From the NCBI GenBank assembly GCA_963840855.1, contig CAWJBB010000033.1:10256-74255 (forward strand): a DNA stretch of 64,000 nucleotides, read 5' to 3'. The position numbers were made by a program, and so were the translations under genes. The DNA comes from an uncultured delta proteobacterium (GTDB lineage Bacteria > Desulfobacterota > Binatia > UBA9968). A model generated the notes under the pieces. The model saw only the letters and a list, made by a program, of their open reading frames with translations, searched no databases and was not told the DNA's origin. Below are positions 55,688 through 63,781 of the stretch, piece after piece (position 1 is the stretch's first letter; every line of letters begins with the position of its first letter).

Positions 55688-56506
55688 ATGGCAGACGAAA
55701 AAGTACTTTACGAAGTGAAGGATAAAATCGCGTGGATCACGCTGAACCGACCTGAATCCTTGAATGCGGTAAACCGCGACATGGTGCGGGCCATCGTCGG
55801 TTACTGCAAGCAGGCGAACGAGGATCGAAATGTTCAGATCGTGATCTTTAAAGCCAACGGCGAGAAAGCCTTCTCTGTCGGCGGCGATATTAAAGACCGT
55901 GTGCGCGCAAGCGAGGCGGCCCAGGCGGTTGAACCGGAGTCGCCGCTGGTGCTGCGTCAGGCGAGATATTCGACGATTCCAGGCACGCCGGCGCCGGCCA
56001 TCGCGGCAATCGACAAAATCACCATGGCGCTAGTTCACGGTTACACCGTGGGCACGGGACTGTTGATGAGTCTTGCCTGCGACATTCGCATTGCAGCGGA
56101 AGGCGCTCGCTTGGGACTTAGCGAAATTCGGCTTGGGTTCATGGCCGGTTCCGGCGGTACGCAGCGCATGGCGCGGCTCGTTGGGATTCCTAAAGCGCTG
56201 GAGATCTGTCTGTCCGGTGAGCTTTATGATGCCCAAGAGTGTTACCGCATCGGTCTTGTGAATCAGCTCGTTCCCTACGACCAATTGATTCCAGCCGGCG
56301 AGAAAATGGCCGCGTCATTCTTGAAAGGTGCGCCGCTGGCGCTGCGCTATATCAAGGAAGCGATTTACAAGGGCAGCGAGATGACGCTGGAGCAGGGATT
56401 ACGGTTTGAGTCCGACCTTCAGAGCATGGTGATGCAGACCGAAGACGCCAAAGAAGGGCCGAAGGCGTTCGTCGAGAAACGGCCGGCGGCGTGGAAAGGA
56501 AGATGA
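55688..56506 (+). CDS. enoyl-CoA hydratase/isomerase (crotonase) 2
   Basis: AAAGGAGGAACGA plus the ATG at 55688. KIAWITLNRPESLNAVN, FSVGGDIKD, GYTVGTGLLMSLACD. Confidence 0.88.
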   Translation: MADEKVLYEVKDKIAWITLNRPESLNAVNRDMVRAIVGYCKQANEDRNVQIVIFKANGEKAFSVGGDIKDRVRASEAAQAVEPESPLVLRQARYSTIPGTPAPAIAAIDKITMALVHGYTVGTGLLMSLACDIRIAAEGARLGLSEIRLGFMAGSGGTQRMARLVGIPKALEICLSGELYDAQECYRIGLVNQLVPYDQLIPAGEKMAASFLKGAPLALRYIKEAIYKGSEMTLEQGLRFESDLQSMVMQTEDAKEGPKAFVEKRPAAWKGR

Positions 56507-56512
56507 CTGAGA

Positions 56513-56620
56513 GAGTTTCTAGTCTCTGGTTTTTAGTTTAGCAGCGGGAGAGCAACACGAAGCGATTAGCTGCCCCTGTATTTTGACGACCAGAAACTAG
56601 GAACTAGAAACTAGAAACTC
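56513..56620. repeat. CTAGAAAC-type inverted-repeat element in the ECH2/ACS spacer (inverted copy of the 36279-36477 element arms)
   Basis: gagtttctagtctctggtttttagttt ... 50-nt core ... ccagaaactaggaactagaaactagaaactc. The reverse complement of 56514-56539 matches 36451-36476 at 25/26. Confidence 0.85.
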
Positions 56621-56622
56621 TT

Positions 56623-58299
56623 ATGAATTCTACCCCGATGTTAATGGGCGACGGTTTGCGCCGTAACGCCTGGAAGTTTCCGGTTAAAATTGCCGCGAAG
56701 GACCGCTTTCGTGAAATCAATTACGCCGATCTCAATGCGCGCGTTAATCAGCTCGCCCATGGCCTTTTGTCCTAGGCGTGCGCCGGGGCGATGCCGTCGC
56801 GCTGTCGGTTGGCAATCGCATCGAGCATCTGGAAATCGTGTTCGCCACGGCGAAGATCGGTGCCCTGGCGATCCCCCTCGACGTCAAGTGGAAAGCGCTG
56901 GAACTCGCCGCCGTCATAGCGGCTCTCGAACCAGGATTCATCATCCTTCAGGAAGATTGTGCGCAAGAATTTGAGAAAGCGAAAGAACTCAGGGATCTGA
57001 GCGCTCGTCAAGGCTGTTTCGTTATCGCCGGATTACACTTATAGCGGATTGCTCCGCGGGCAAAGCCCGGAGGAACCCGATATTCACGTCCATGAAGACG
57101 ATCCATTCGCGGTCATGCTCACCTCGGGCACGACCGGATTTCCCAAGGGCTGTCTGGCGACGCAGCGGACATTTGTTTTCCATGTATAAACAATGCCATC
57201 GAGAAGGGGCTGGGCGCGGACGACAAAGCGATACTTTCGTCACCGATCTATTTCAATGCCGGACGCTCGTTCACGCTTGGAATTATCTACTTCGGCGGTA
57301 CCATGATCCTGCATGAACGGTTCGATGCCGAAGAAGTGCTGAAAACCATTGAAGCGTGAGAAAGTTACTTACGTCGGCGCCGTGCCGATCATGTGCGAGC
57401 GCATGCTCCATGTATTGGAAACAACGCCGTACAACACCAGCTCGCTGCGTTGCCTGGCGATAACCGGCGGCAAAGTGCATCCGGCGGTGCTGGAAGCATT
57501 GAAGAAAAATCTTACGCCTAACATCTTCCGGACTTACGCTTCGACGGACTCCGGACAGATGGCGATATCGAAGCCGGACGATATGGCGGCGAAGGCACAC
57601 GCCGCCGGCCGGCCCGTTTGGTGCGTAGATCTGCGCATCGTCGATGAAAACGATAAACCCGTGAGGGTTGGCGAGGTGGGTGAAATTATTTGTAAGAGCC
57701 CGCTGGCTACCCATGGCTATTACAAAAACCCCGAAGCGACCAACGCGTCGTTCCGCGATGGCTGGTTTTACACGGGCGATCTCGGTTATTTCGACGAGGA
57801 AGGTTATCTCTTCGTCGCCGGGCGCAAGAAGGACATGGTGAAGAGCGGCGGCATCAGTATCTATCCGTTGGAGATCGAAAGCGTCATCTATAGCCATCCC
57901 GATATTTTGGAAGCCGCCGTGATCGGAGTGCCCGATCGACAATGGGGCGAGGCATTGAAGGCTGTTATTGTTCTCAAACAGGGTGCGAAAATCACCGGGG
58001 AGGAATTGCAGCGGTTTTGTAAGGAACGCCTCTCCTCGTACAAAGTTCCGAAGTCGGTGGACTTTGTTTCTTCGTTGCCGCACACCGAAGTGGGGAAGGT
58101 GAACAAGGTCAAGGTGAGGGAAATGATTCTCGACCGAGGCGAAGCGGTAAGGTGTGGCGAGATAATTTTTTCTCGGATCATAGCTTTTCCATCACTTCAC
58201 GCGCAAAGCTTTCTAGCGTCGCTTGTTTTGATACTCCACATGGAACGATGGTCAGCTCGTCGATGCCGGCGGCGATATATCGCTTCACTTTCTCCCTGA
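56623..58299 (+). pseudogene. AMP-dependent acyl-CoA synthetase/ligase, four frame breaks in the first about 740 nt (as assembled)
   Basis: The segments read MNSTPMLMGDGLRRNAWKFP...AHGLLS | LGVRRGDAVALSVGNRIEHL... | DYTYSGLL...AVMLTSGTTGFPKGCLATQ.. | INNAIEKGLGADDKAILSSPIYFNAGRS... | (R)EKVTYVGAVP...FYTGDLGYFDEEGYLFVAGRKKDMVKSGG...LPHTEVGKVNK. The junctions are at about 56771, 57030, 57185 and 57342-57357. The 3' end is uncertain (about 58150 to 58299). Confidence 0.8.
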
Positions 58300-58657
58300 C
58301 TTCATCCGGCGTGCCGGCGAGAGCGAACCGGTCCACCCATTCCTGCCGCACCAGGTAATCATGCTCCGGCCCCATATGATGGTAGGAGTCGTAGTGTTGG
58401 CGCAACCGCTCCACCGCTTGGCGGTCGGCTTGGTCGTCGAGTTCGCCGCGATTATACGACCTTCCCAGATGCGTGAACGCGGCACGGGCGACGATGCCTT
58501 TGACACTTTCCCGTGCTCGCTGTCCGTCGGCGCTGATGGCGCAAGGCATTCGATAGATGAACTGCACGGCCGTTGATGGTCTGTTGGCCTCTGCCGTGAA
58601 GGCGCGAATGTTTTCGATCAACGGCTTAGCGGATTCTCCGCATTTGGCTACCCCCAT
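58178..58657 (-). pseudogene. 3' half of a luciferase-like (LLM class) flavin/F420-dependent oxidoreductase gene
   Basis: 159 aa ending ...FALAGTPDEVREKVKRYIAAGIDELTIVPCG... (the typical LLM C-terminus). No N-terminal TIM-barrel half is present in any frame of the AT-rich 58658-58900 region. Confidence 0.55.
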
Positions 58658-58940
58658 GACCGTTTATTCTGTCCGCCAATAAAAGACGAGGCAAATAAAA
58701 AGACAACAAAGGTCCGTCAACAATAAACATCAAAACTTGCTTGACGGCAAAATGCTTCCCGATGTACTCCTTTACAGGCCGTCGATTGGCGCCGTCCCAA
58801 GCCCTGGGGCCGGCGCTAAGTCCGCAGAAACACGTTGACCAGAACGATGTTAAAGAGACCACGAAAGAGTTAGGATCGCATTAGCAGGAGTAACGCCAAG
58901 CGAACAATTGATTGCGGTATTTAAGGAAGGAGCGTGTATT

Positions 58941-60023
58941 ATGAAACTTGCCATCCCCACCGCCGTATTGTTACTCTGGAGCTTGCCGCTGTTCGCACCT
59001 GCGGTCCAAGCCGCGGAACGGCCCTATTACCAGGGCAAGAACATAACGTTCCTGATCAACTACGCCGCCGGCGGGCCCACCGACATCGAAGGCCGCATCG
59101 TGGCGCGCCATCTGGCCAGATATATTCCGGGAAATCCGGCTGTCATCGTGCAAAATATGCCCGGCGCGGGCGGCGTAACCGGAATCAATTTTCTTGGCGA
59201 AGTGGCCAAACGCGACGGTCTGACCCTGGGCTATTTTACCGGGCCCTATAATCACCAGATGATGAAGAATCCGTCGTTAAGGATCGATCTGATGCAGGTG
59301 CCGTTCATCGCTTCGGTGGGCAGCGTGACCGTCTGCTACATCCGTTCCGATGTCCCGCCGGGGATCAAAAAGCCCACGGACATCGCCAAAGCGGAGCGTT
59401 TCAGAGCCGGCGGCCTGTCTTTCGACAGCAACAAGGATCTGCGCTTTAGGCTCGCCTTCGACGTTCTGGGGCTCAAGTACGATTACGTGACCGGTTACAA
59501 CAGCAGCGCGGACGCGCGCCTGGCGGTGCAGCGCAACGAGATCCAGTATCATGACGAAAATATTCCGGGATACCGCGGCGTCGTCGAGCCGCAAATGGTG
59601 AAAACCGGCATGGTCACCCCGCTCTACTATCACGATGTCATCAAACCCGACGGGACGATGGGGAAGAGCCCCGATTACCCCGAGCTCAATTCTTTTACCG
59701 AGGTCTACACGCAAATTCATGGCAAGGCGCCGACCGGAATCAAATACGAAGTGCTCAAAGCGGCAAATATGGCCAGCCAGAATCTCAGCCGCGTGGCTTT
59801 GTTGCCGCCGAATTCGCCCAAAGAAGCAGTCCTTGCCGTGCGCCAGGCTTTTACAGCGCTATCCAGGGACGAAGAATTCATCGGTGAGGCAATGAAAGTC
59901 ATGCGCTTCCATCCGCGTTTCGATGTTGGGGAAGATGGCGAACGGCTGCGGGAAAAAGTGCTGCGGGCGCCGACGGAGATCATCGACTTCGTCCGCCAGT
60001 ACGTCGAGCAGGCAAGGAAGTAG
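58941..60023 (+). CDS. TctC/Bug family substrate-binding protein (paralog J, divergent)
   Basis: AAGGAAGGAG plus the ATG at 58941. MKLAIPTAVLLLWSLPLFAPAVQA|AERPYYQGKN, IVQNMPGAGGVTGINFLGEVAKRDGLT. It lacks the Cys pair of the other nine paralogs. Confidence 0.82.
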   Translation: MKLAIPTAVLLLWSLPLFAPAVQAAERPYYQGKNITFLINYAAGGPTDIEGRIVARHLARYIPGNPAVIVQNMPGAGGVTGINFLGEVAKRDGLTLGYFTGPYNHQMMKNPSLRIDLMQVPFIASVGSVTVCYIRSDVPPGIKKPTDIAKAERFRAGGLSFDSNKDLRFRLAFDVLGLKYDYVTGYNSSADARLAVQRNEIQYHDENIPGYRGVVEPQMVKTGMVTPLYYHDVIKPDGTMGKSPDYPELNSFTEVYTQIHGKAPTGIKYEVLKAANMASQNLSRVALLPPNSPKEAVLAVRQAFTALSRDEEFIGEAMKVMRFHPRFDVGEDGERLREKVLRAPTEIIDFVRQYVEQARK

Positions 60024-60103
60024 TCCCGATATCAAGTGCTAGAATCCTGTTGGATTGGAGAACCGAGTATAAACGATCAGAGAGAGGTGGTCGCAAGCAA
60101 TTT

Positions 60104-60971
60104 ATGAATTTGGAACCGAAACAGCGTCATTTCGTGCACGACGGTTTACGCATGCATTATTGGGAGTGGGGCGATCCCAATGAAGACACTTATGTTTTCG
60201 TCCACGGCATCCGCGATCAAGGGCGAAGTTGGGATCAGTTTCTTGAGGCATTGCTCGCGCGCGGGGTGCCAATTAAACATGCCGTCGCCATCGATCTGCG
60301 CGGTCACGGCGATAGCGAATGGCCCAACCACGGTCGCGGCTACCAGCATGAAGACTTCCTCACCGATCTTGCCGGGCTGCTCAAGCATCTCGACAAGGAG
60401 TCGTCAACCATCATCGGCCATTCCCTCGGCGGCAGCATGTGTTTGCTATACGCCGGGACGTTTCCCGAGAAGGTGAAGAAATTGGTGTTGCTCGAATCCC
60501 TCGGCCCTTTCGCGCGTGCCGATGACGAGGTGCCCAATATTCTCGCGGAACGGTTAAAAGGGAGAGATTATGTCGAGATCCCTTTTCCACATGAATCATT
60601 GGAAGCGGCGGCTCGAGGCGATTCAAAAAACTTTTCCCTTGATACCGGACGACGCGGCGTTGCACATGGCGCTATACGGAACCAACTACAAGGGTGGCAG
60701 ATACCGTTGGAAGCATGATCCGATTCTTCGTTACCGGACGACGACGGCGATGTCGGAAGGGCAGATCGAGGCGTTCATTCGCCGCCTCAAATGTCCGATC
60801 CTGTTCGTCCACGGCACCGAGAGCGATTTCATGAAATCCGTGCGCGGCCATCGCGCGAATCTCTTCCCGAACGCTAAAATCGTTCCCATCGAAGGCGCCG
60901 GCCATCACATTCCGCACGAGAAACCGGAGGAGCTGGCGGATGTCGTCGTCCCATTTTTACTCTCCGGGTAA
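60104..60971 (+). pseudogene. alpha/beta-fold hydrolase, one frame break (as assembled)
   Basis: VFVHGIRDQGRSW, nucleophile elbow IIGHSLGGS, ..SLEAAAR, then AIQKTFPLIPDDAALHMALYGT...ILFVHGTESDF...GAGHHIPHEKPEE in the +1 frame. The shift is at GG 60617-60618. Confidence 0.8.
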
Positions 60972-60984
60972 AAATGGGCGTTCT

Positions 60985-61215
60985 AACCGTTCAAGACGTT
61001 CAAACCGTTTGGGATTACGCTCAAGATGGTCAGAAATTCAAAATCCCGATTCCCATTGGGTCATTCTGAACGAAGCGTAGCGGAGTGAAGAATCTCGGCC
61101 GAGATCCTTCGCGTTGCTCAGGATGACGGATAGACTGGCGTGATGATAGATCGATACCAGACTGCCGGTTAACGGCTTGAACGTATTGAACGGCCGGAAC
61201 GGTTTGAACCAAACG
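60985..61215. repeat. nested inverted-repeat (MITE/REP-like) element in the hydrolase/cupin spacer
   Basis: Outer arms accgttcaagacgttcaaaccgtttg (60985-61010) and ggttaacggcttgaacgtattgaacggccggaacggtttgaaccaaacgtt (61166-61215). Inner 68-nt imperfect palindrome gtcattctgaacgaagcg...ctcggccgag...cgcgttgctcaggatgac (61059-61126). Confidence 0.8.
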
Positions 61216-61228
61216 TTACGAGGTGTTT

Positions 61229-61681
61229 ATGCATCTTTCCGCTAAAGTCATAGAGGCCATGGAAGGCGAACGACGGGTTCACTTCGTTAACCCCAAGGCG
61301 GTGCGCATCAACAAATCGCTCGGCGACGCGGCCGGCCTCAAAAACCTTGGCGTTCACATGATGACCGTTGCGCCGGGTGACCGCTCCTCGGAGTATCACT
61401 GTCATCGTTACGAAGACGAGGCGATCTATGTGTTATCCGGTCACGGCACGGCGGTCATTGGCGAGCAATCCTATCGGATCGGACCGGGAGATTTCTTGGG
61501 TTTTCCGGGTGGCGGACCTGCGCATGAAACGATCAACGACAGCGTGGAACCGCTGGTTTGCCTCGTCATCGGCCAACGGCTTGCGCAAGACGTGGTCGAT
61601 TATCCCCGCGCCGGGAAACGGCTATATCGCAACAGCGGGCAGCGGGACATGGTTGACGTGGTAAATGTGCAGAAGCGGTAA
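61229..61681 (+). CDS. cupin domain protein
   Basis: Cupin motifs SEYHCHRYEDEAIYVLSG and GPGDFLGFPGGGPAHETIN. ATG at 61229 lies 6 nt after GAGG. Confidence 0.8.
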   Translation: MHLSAKVIEAMEGERRVHFVNPKAVRINKSLGDAAGLKNLGVHMMTVAPGDRSSEYHCHRYEDEAIYVLSGHGTAVIGEQSYRIGPGDFLGFPGGGPAHETINDSVEPLVCLVIGQRLAQDVVDYPRAGKRLYRNSGQRDMVDVVNVQKR

Positions 61682-61747
61682 CGAGTCGGCTTAACCCGGT
61701 TGAACGATTTCAACCATCAAACTGTTTTGCTCGGAGGTAGTTTATTT

Positions 61748-62569
61748 ATGGTCGAGATGAAAACGATTATTCCTAAAATCGATGAAGAATCTGGAGTCGC
61801 GTGGTTGACTTTTAACCGCCCGGAGAAAAAGAACGCCCTCAGCCGAATCCTGATGGCCGAGCTGATCGCGATTCTCAAAGAACTGCATGACAATGAAAAG
61901 ATCAAGGTTATCGTAACCACTGGGTCGAGCAACGCCTACTCGTCCGGCCTCGATCTTTACGATCTGCGTGATAGTTGGAAACGCAAGCGGCGCTGGGACG
62001 ACGGCGGCACGACCCAAGAGATCATCCGGCTCATGCGCGGCGCGCCGCAAGTTACCATCGCGGCGGTGAACGGTTGGTGCCTTGGCGGCGGCCTGGCGCT
62101 TATCAATGGCCACGATCTCGCTGTCGCCGGCGAGTCGGCGATTTTCGGCATGCCGGAAGTGATTCGCGGCAGCTACGGGGCGGTGGCGACGCCCTCTCTG
62201 TTTCACGGCGGTATCCCGTTCAAGAAAGCCTTTTACATTCAGTTGACGGGGAGAAATCTTACGGCAGCGGAAGCGGAGCGGGTCGGGTTGATTACCCAGG
62301 TCGTGCCGGACAAAGAGCTGATTCCCTACGTCGAGCAAATGGCCAATGAGCTGGGCTCGCGCAACGCGGCGACTTTGGACAGCGCGAAGATCGCGGCTTA
62401 TTTGCAAAAGGATCTGGATTTCGACACCGCGCTGCGCATCGACGATCTGGTTTCCCATCGCATGCGCTATTACACCAATCCGTTGAACGACGTTGAGGGT
62501 TACCTCCACTCGCAAAAAGGCGGCGGCAGTACGCGCTACGTGAAGCCGGAGGATCGGAAAAAATCGTGA
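61748..62569 (+). CDS. enoyl-CoA hydratase/isomerase (crotonase) 3
   Basis: GGAGG RBS, ATG at 61748. VAWLTFNRPEKKNALS, YSSGLDLYD, GWCLGGGLALINGHD. Confidence 0.85.
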   Translation: MVEMKTIIPKIDEESGVAWLTFNRPEKKNALSRILMAELIAILKELHDNEKIKVIVTTGSSNAYSSGLDLYDLRDSWKRKRRWDDGGTTQEIIRLMRGAPQVTIAAVNGWCLGGGLALINGHDLAVAGESAIFGMPEVIRGSYGAVATPSLFHGGIPFKKAFYIQLTGRNLTAAEAERVGLITQVVPDKELIPYVEQMANELGSRNAATLDSAKIAAYLQKDLDFDTALRIDDLVSHRMRYYTNPLNDVEGYLHSQKGGGSTRYVKPEDRKKS

Positions 62570-62640
62570 TCGTGGCTCGTGTTGGGTACATTGCAGGCTG
62601 CGCTCTTACAGCCGATGAGCGATGTTGAACGGGAGTTAAT

Positions 62641-63771
62641 ATGAAACTACGCACGCCTTTGTGTGATCTGTTGGGCATCGAAGTTCCGATTATTCAGGCC
62701 GGCATGGGGTGGGATAAGGAAGGGATGACGACACCGCCGGCGCTGGTGGCGGCGGTGTCGAACGCGGGTGGATTGGGATGTATCGGCGGCAGCTCGATCC
62801 GTCCGGAAGTGATTCGCGAGCGGATTCGCGCCGTGCGCCAATTGACGGACAGGCCGTTCGGCGTCGATATCACCTTGCCGAAGATGGAAGACGTGAGAAT
62901 CCCCGACCCGGACGAAGTGCGCAAGGAGATCGAAGAAAAATATCCCAAGCACGCCAAATTTACCGACGAGCTGCTGCCCAAGCTGGGATTACAGCCGCAA
63001 CCGCCGGACCGAAAGAGCTGGGTAAAAACCCCGGCGGCGACGCGGGAACAATTAAAAGTGATACTTGAAGAAAAGGCGCCGATTCTGATCATCGGCCTGG
63101 GCGATACAGCGGAAGTCGTGCCGCTGGCCCACGAGAGAGGTATCAAGGTCATGGCGCTGGCGGGCGCGGTAAAGCACGCGCTCAGCCACGCGCGTAAGGG
63201 CGCCGATGTCATCATCGCCCAGGGCTATGAAGCAGGCGGTCACACGGGAACGATCGCTAATTTTCCGTTGATTCCCCAGATTGTCGACGCCGTGAAACCG
63301 AAACCGGTGGTCGCCGCCGGCGGCATATCCGACGGCCGGGGCGTTGCTGCGGCGCTGGCGCTGGGGGCGGTGGGTGTTTGGTGCGGCACGACCTTCCTGG
63401 TGAGCAACGAATGCGGCATCCATCCCGCCTACAAAAGGCAAATTCTCAAAGGGACCTCGGAAGATTTCGTCCGCACGGCCTATACCAGCGGCCATTATGC
63501 CCGGCATTACCGGAGTGAGGTAATCCAAGCGTGGATGAATTCTGGACTGGAAGCGATGCCGACGCCGTATCAGGGCAACTCCATGGACGAAATTCGCCGC
63601 GCCGCGGAGGCGGCTGATCGGGTGGATTTATTGCATGTGCCCGGCGGCCAAGTGGCGGGCATGTTGAGCGAAGAAAAAAGTGCCCGGCCAGCCAGGGAAA
63701 TCGTCGCGCGGATGGTTGAAGAGGCGGCGACGATCCTGAATAACATCCGCAGTTCATATGTGGGAGCATAG
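62641..63771 (+). CDS. nitronate monooxygenase / 2-nitropropane dioxygenase family FMN oxidoreductase (FabK-like)
   Basis: LLGIEVPIIQAGMG..., VIIAQGYEAGGHTG, AAGGISDGRGVAAALALGAVGVWCGT. Confidence 0.85.
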   Translation: MKLRTPLCDLLGIEVPIIQAGMGWDKEGMTTPPALVAAVSNAGGLGCIGGSSIRPEVIRERIRAVRQLTDRPFGVDITLPKMEDVRIPDPDEVRKEIEEKYPKHAKFTDELLPKLGLQPQPPDRKSWVKTPAATREQLKVILEEKAPILIIGLGDTAEVVPLAHERGIKVMALAGAVKHALSHARKGADVIIAQGYEAGGHTGTIANFPLIPQIVDAVKPKPVVAAGGISDGRGVAAALALGAVGVWCGTTFLVSNECGIHPAYKRQILKGTSEDFVRTAYTSGHYARHYRSEVIQAWMNSGLEAMPTPYQGNSMDEIRRAAEAADRVDLLHVPGGQVAGMLSEEKSARPAREIVARMVEEAATILNNIRSSYVGA

Positions 63772-63781
63772 TGGCAATAAG

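Noticed and set aside
4817-60971. Programmed ribosomal frameshifting or phase variation as an explanation for the frame breaks.
   Set aside because: The junctions lack slippery heptamers (X XXY YYZ). The homopolymers are only 2-4 nt, too short for slipped-strand phase variation. The breaks occur in many unrelated gene families, and both +1 and -1 offsets occur. Indel error is the simpler explanation.
61030-61212. A 60-aa minus-strand ORF in the hydrolase/cupin spacer.
   Set aside because: It is the nested palindromic repeat read as protein. It has no RBS and its product is low-complexity.
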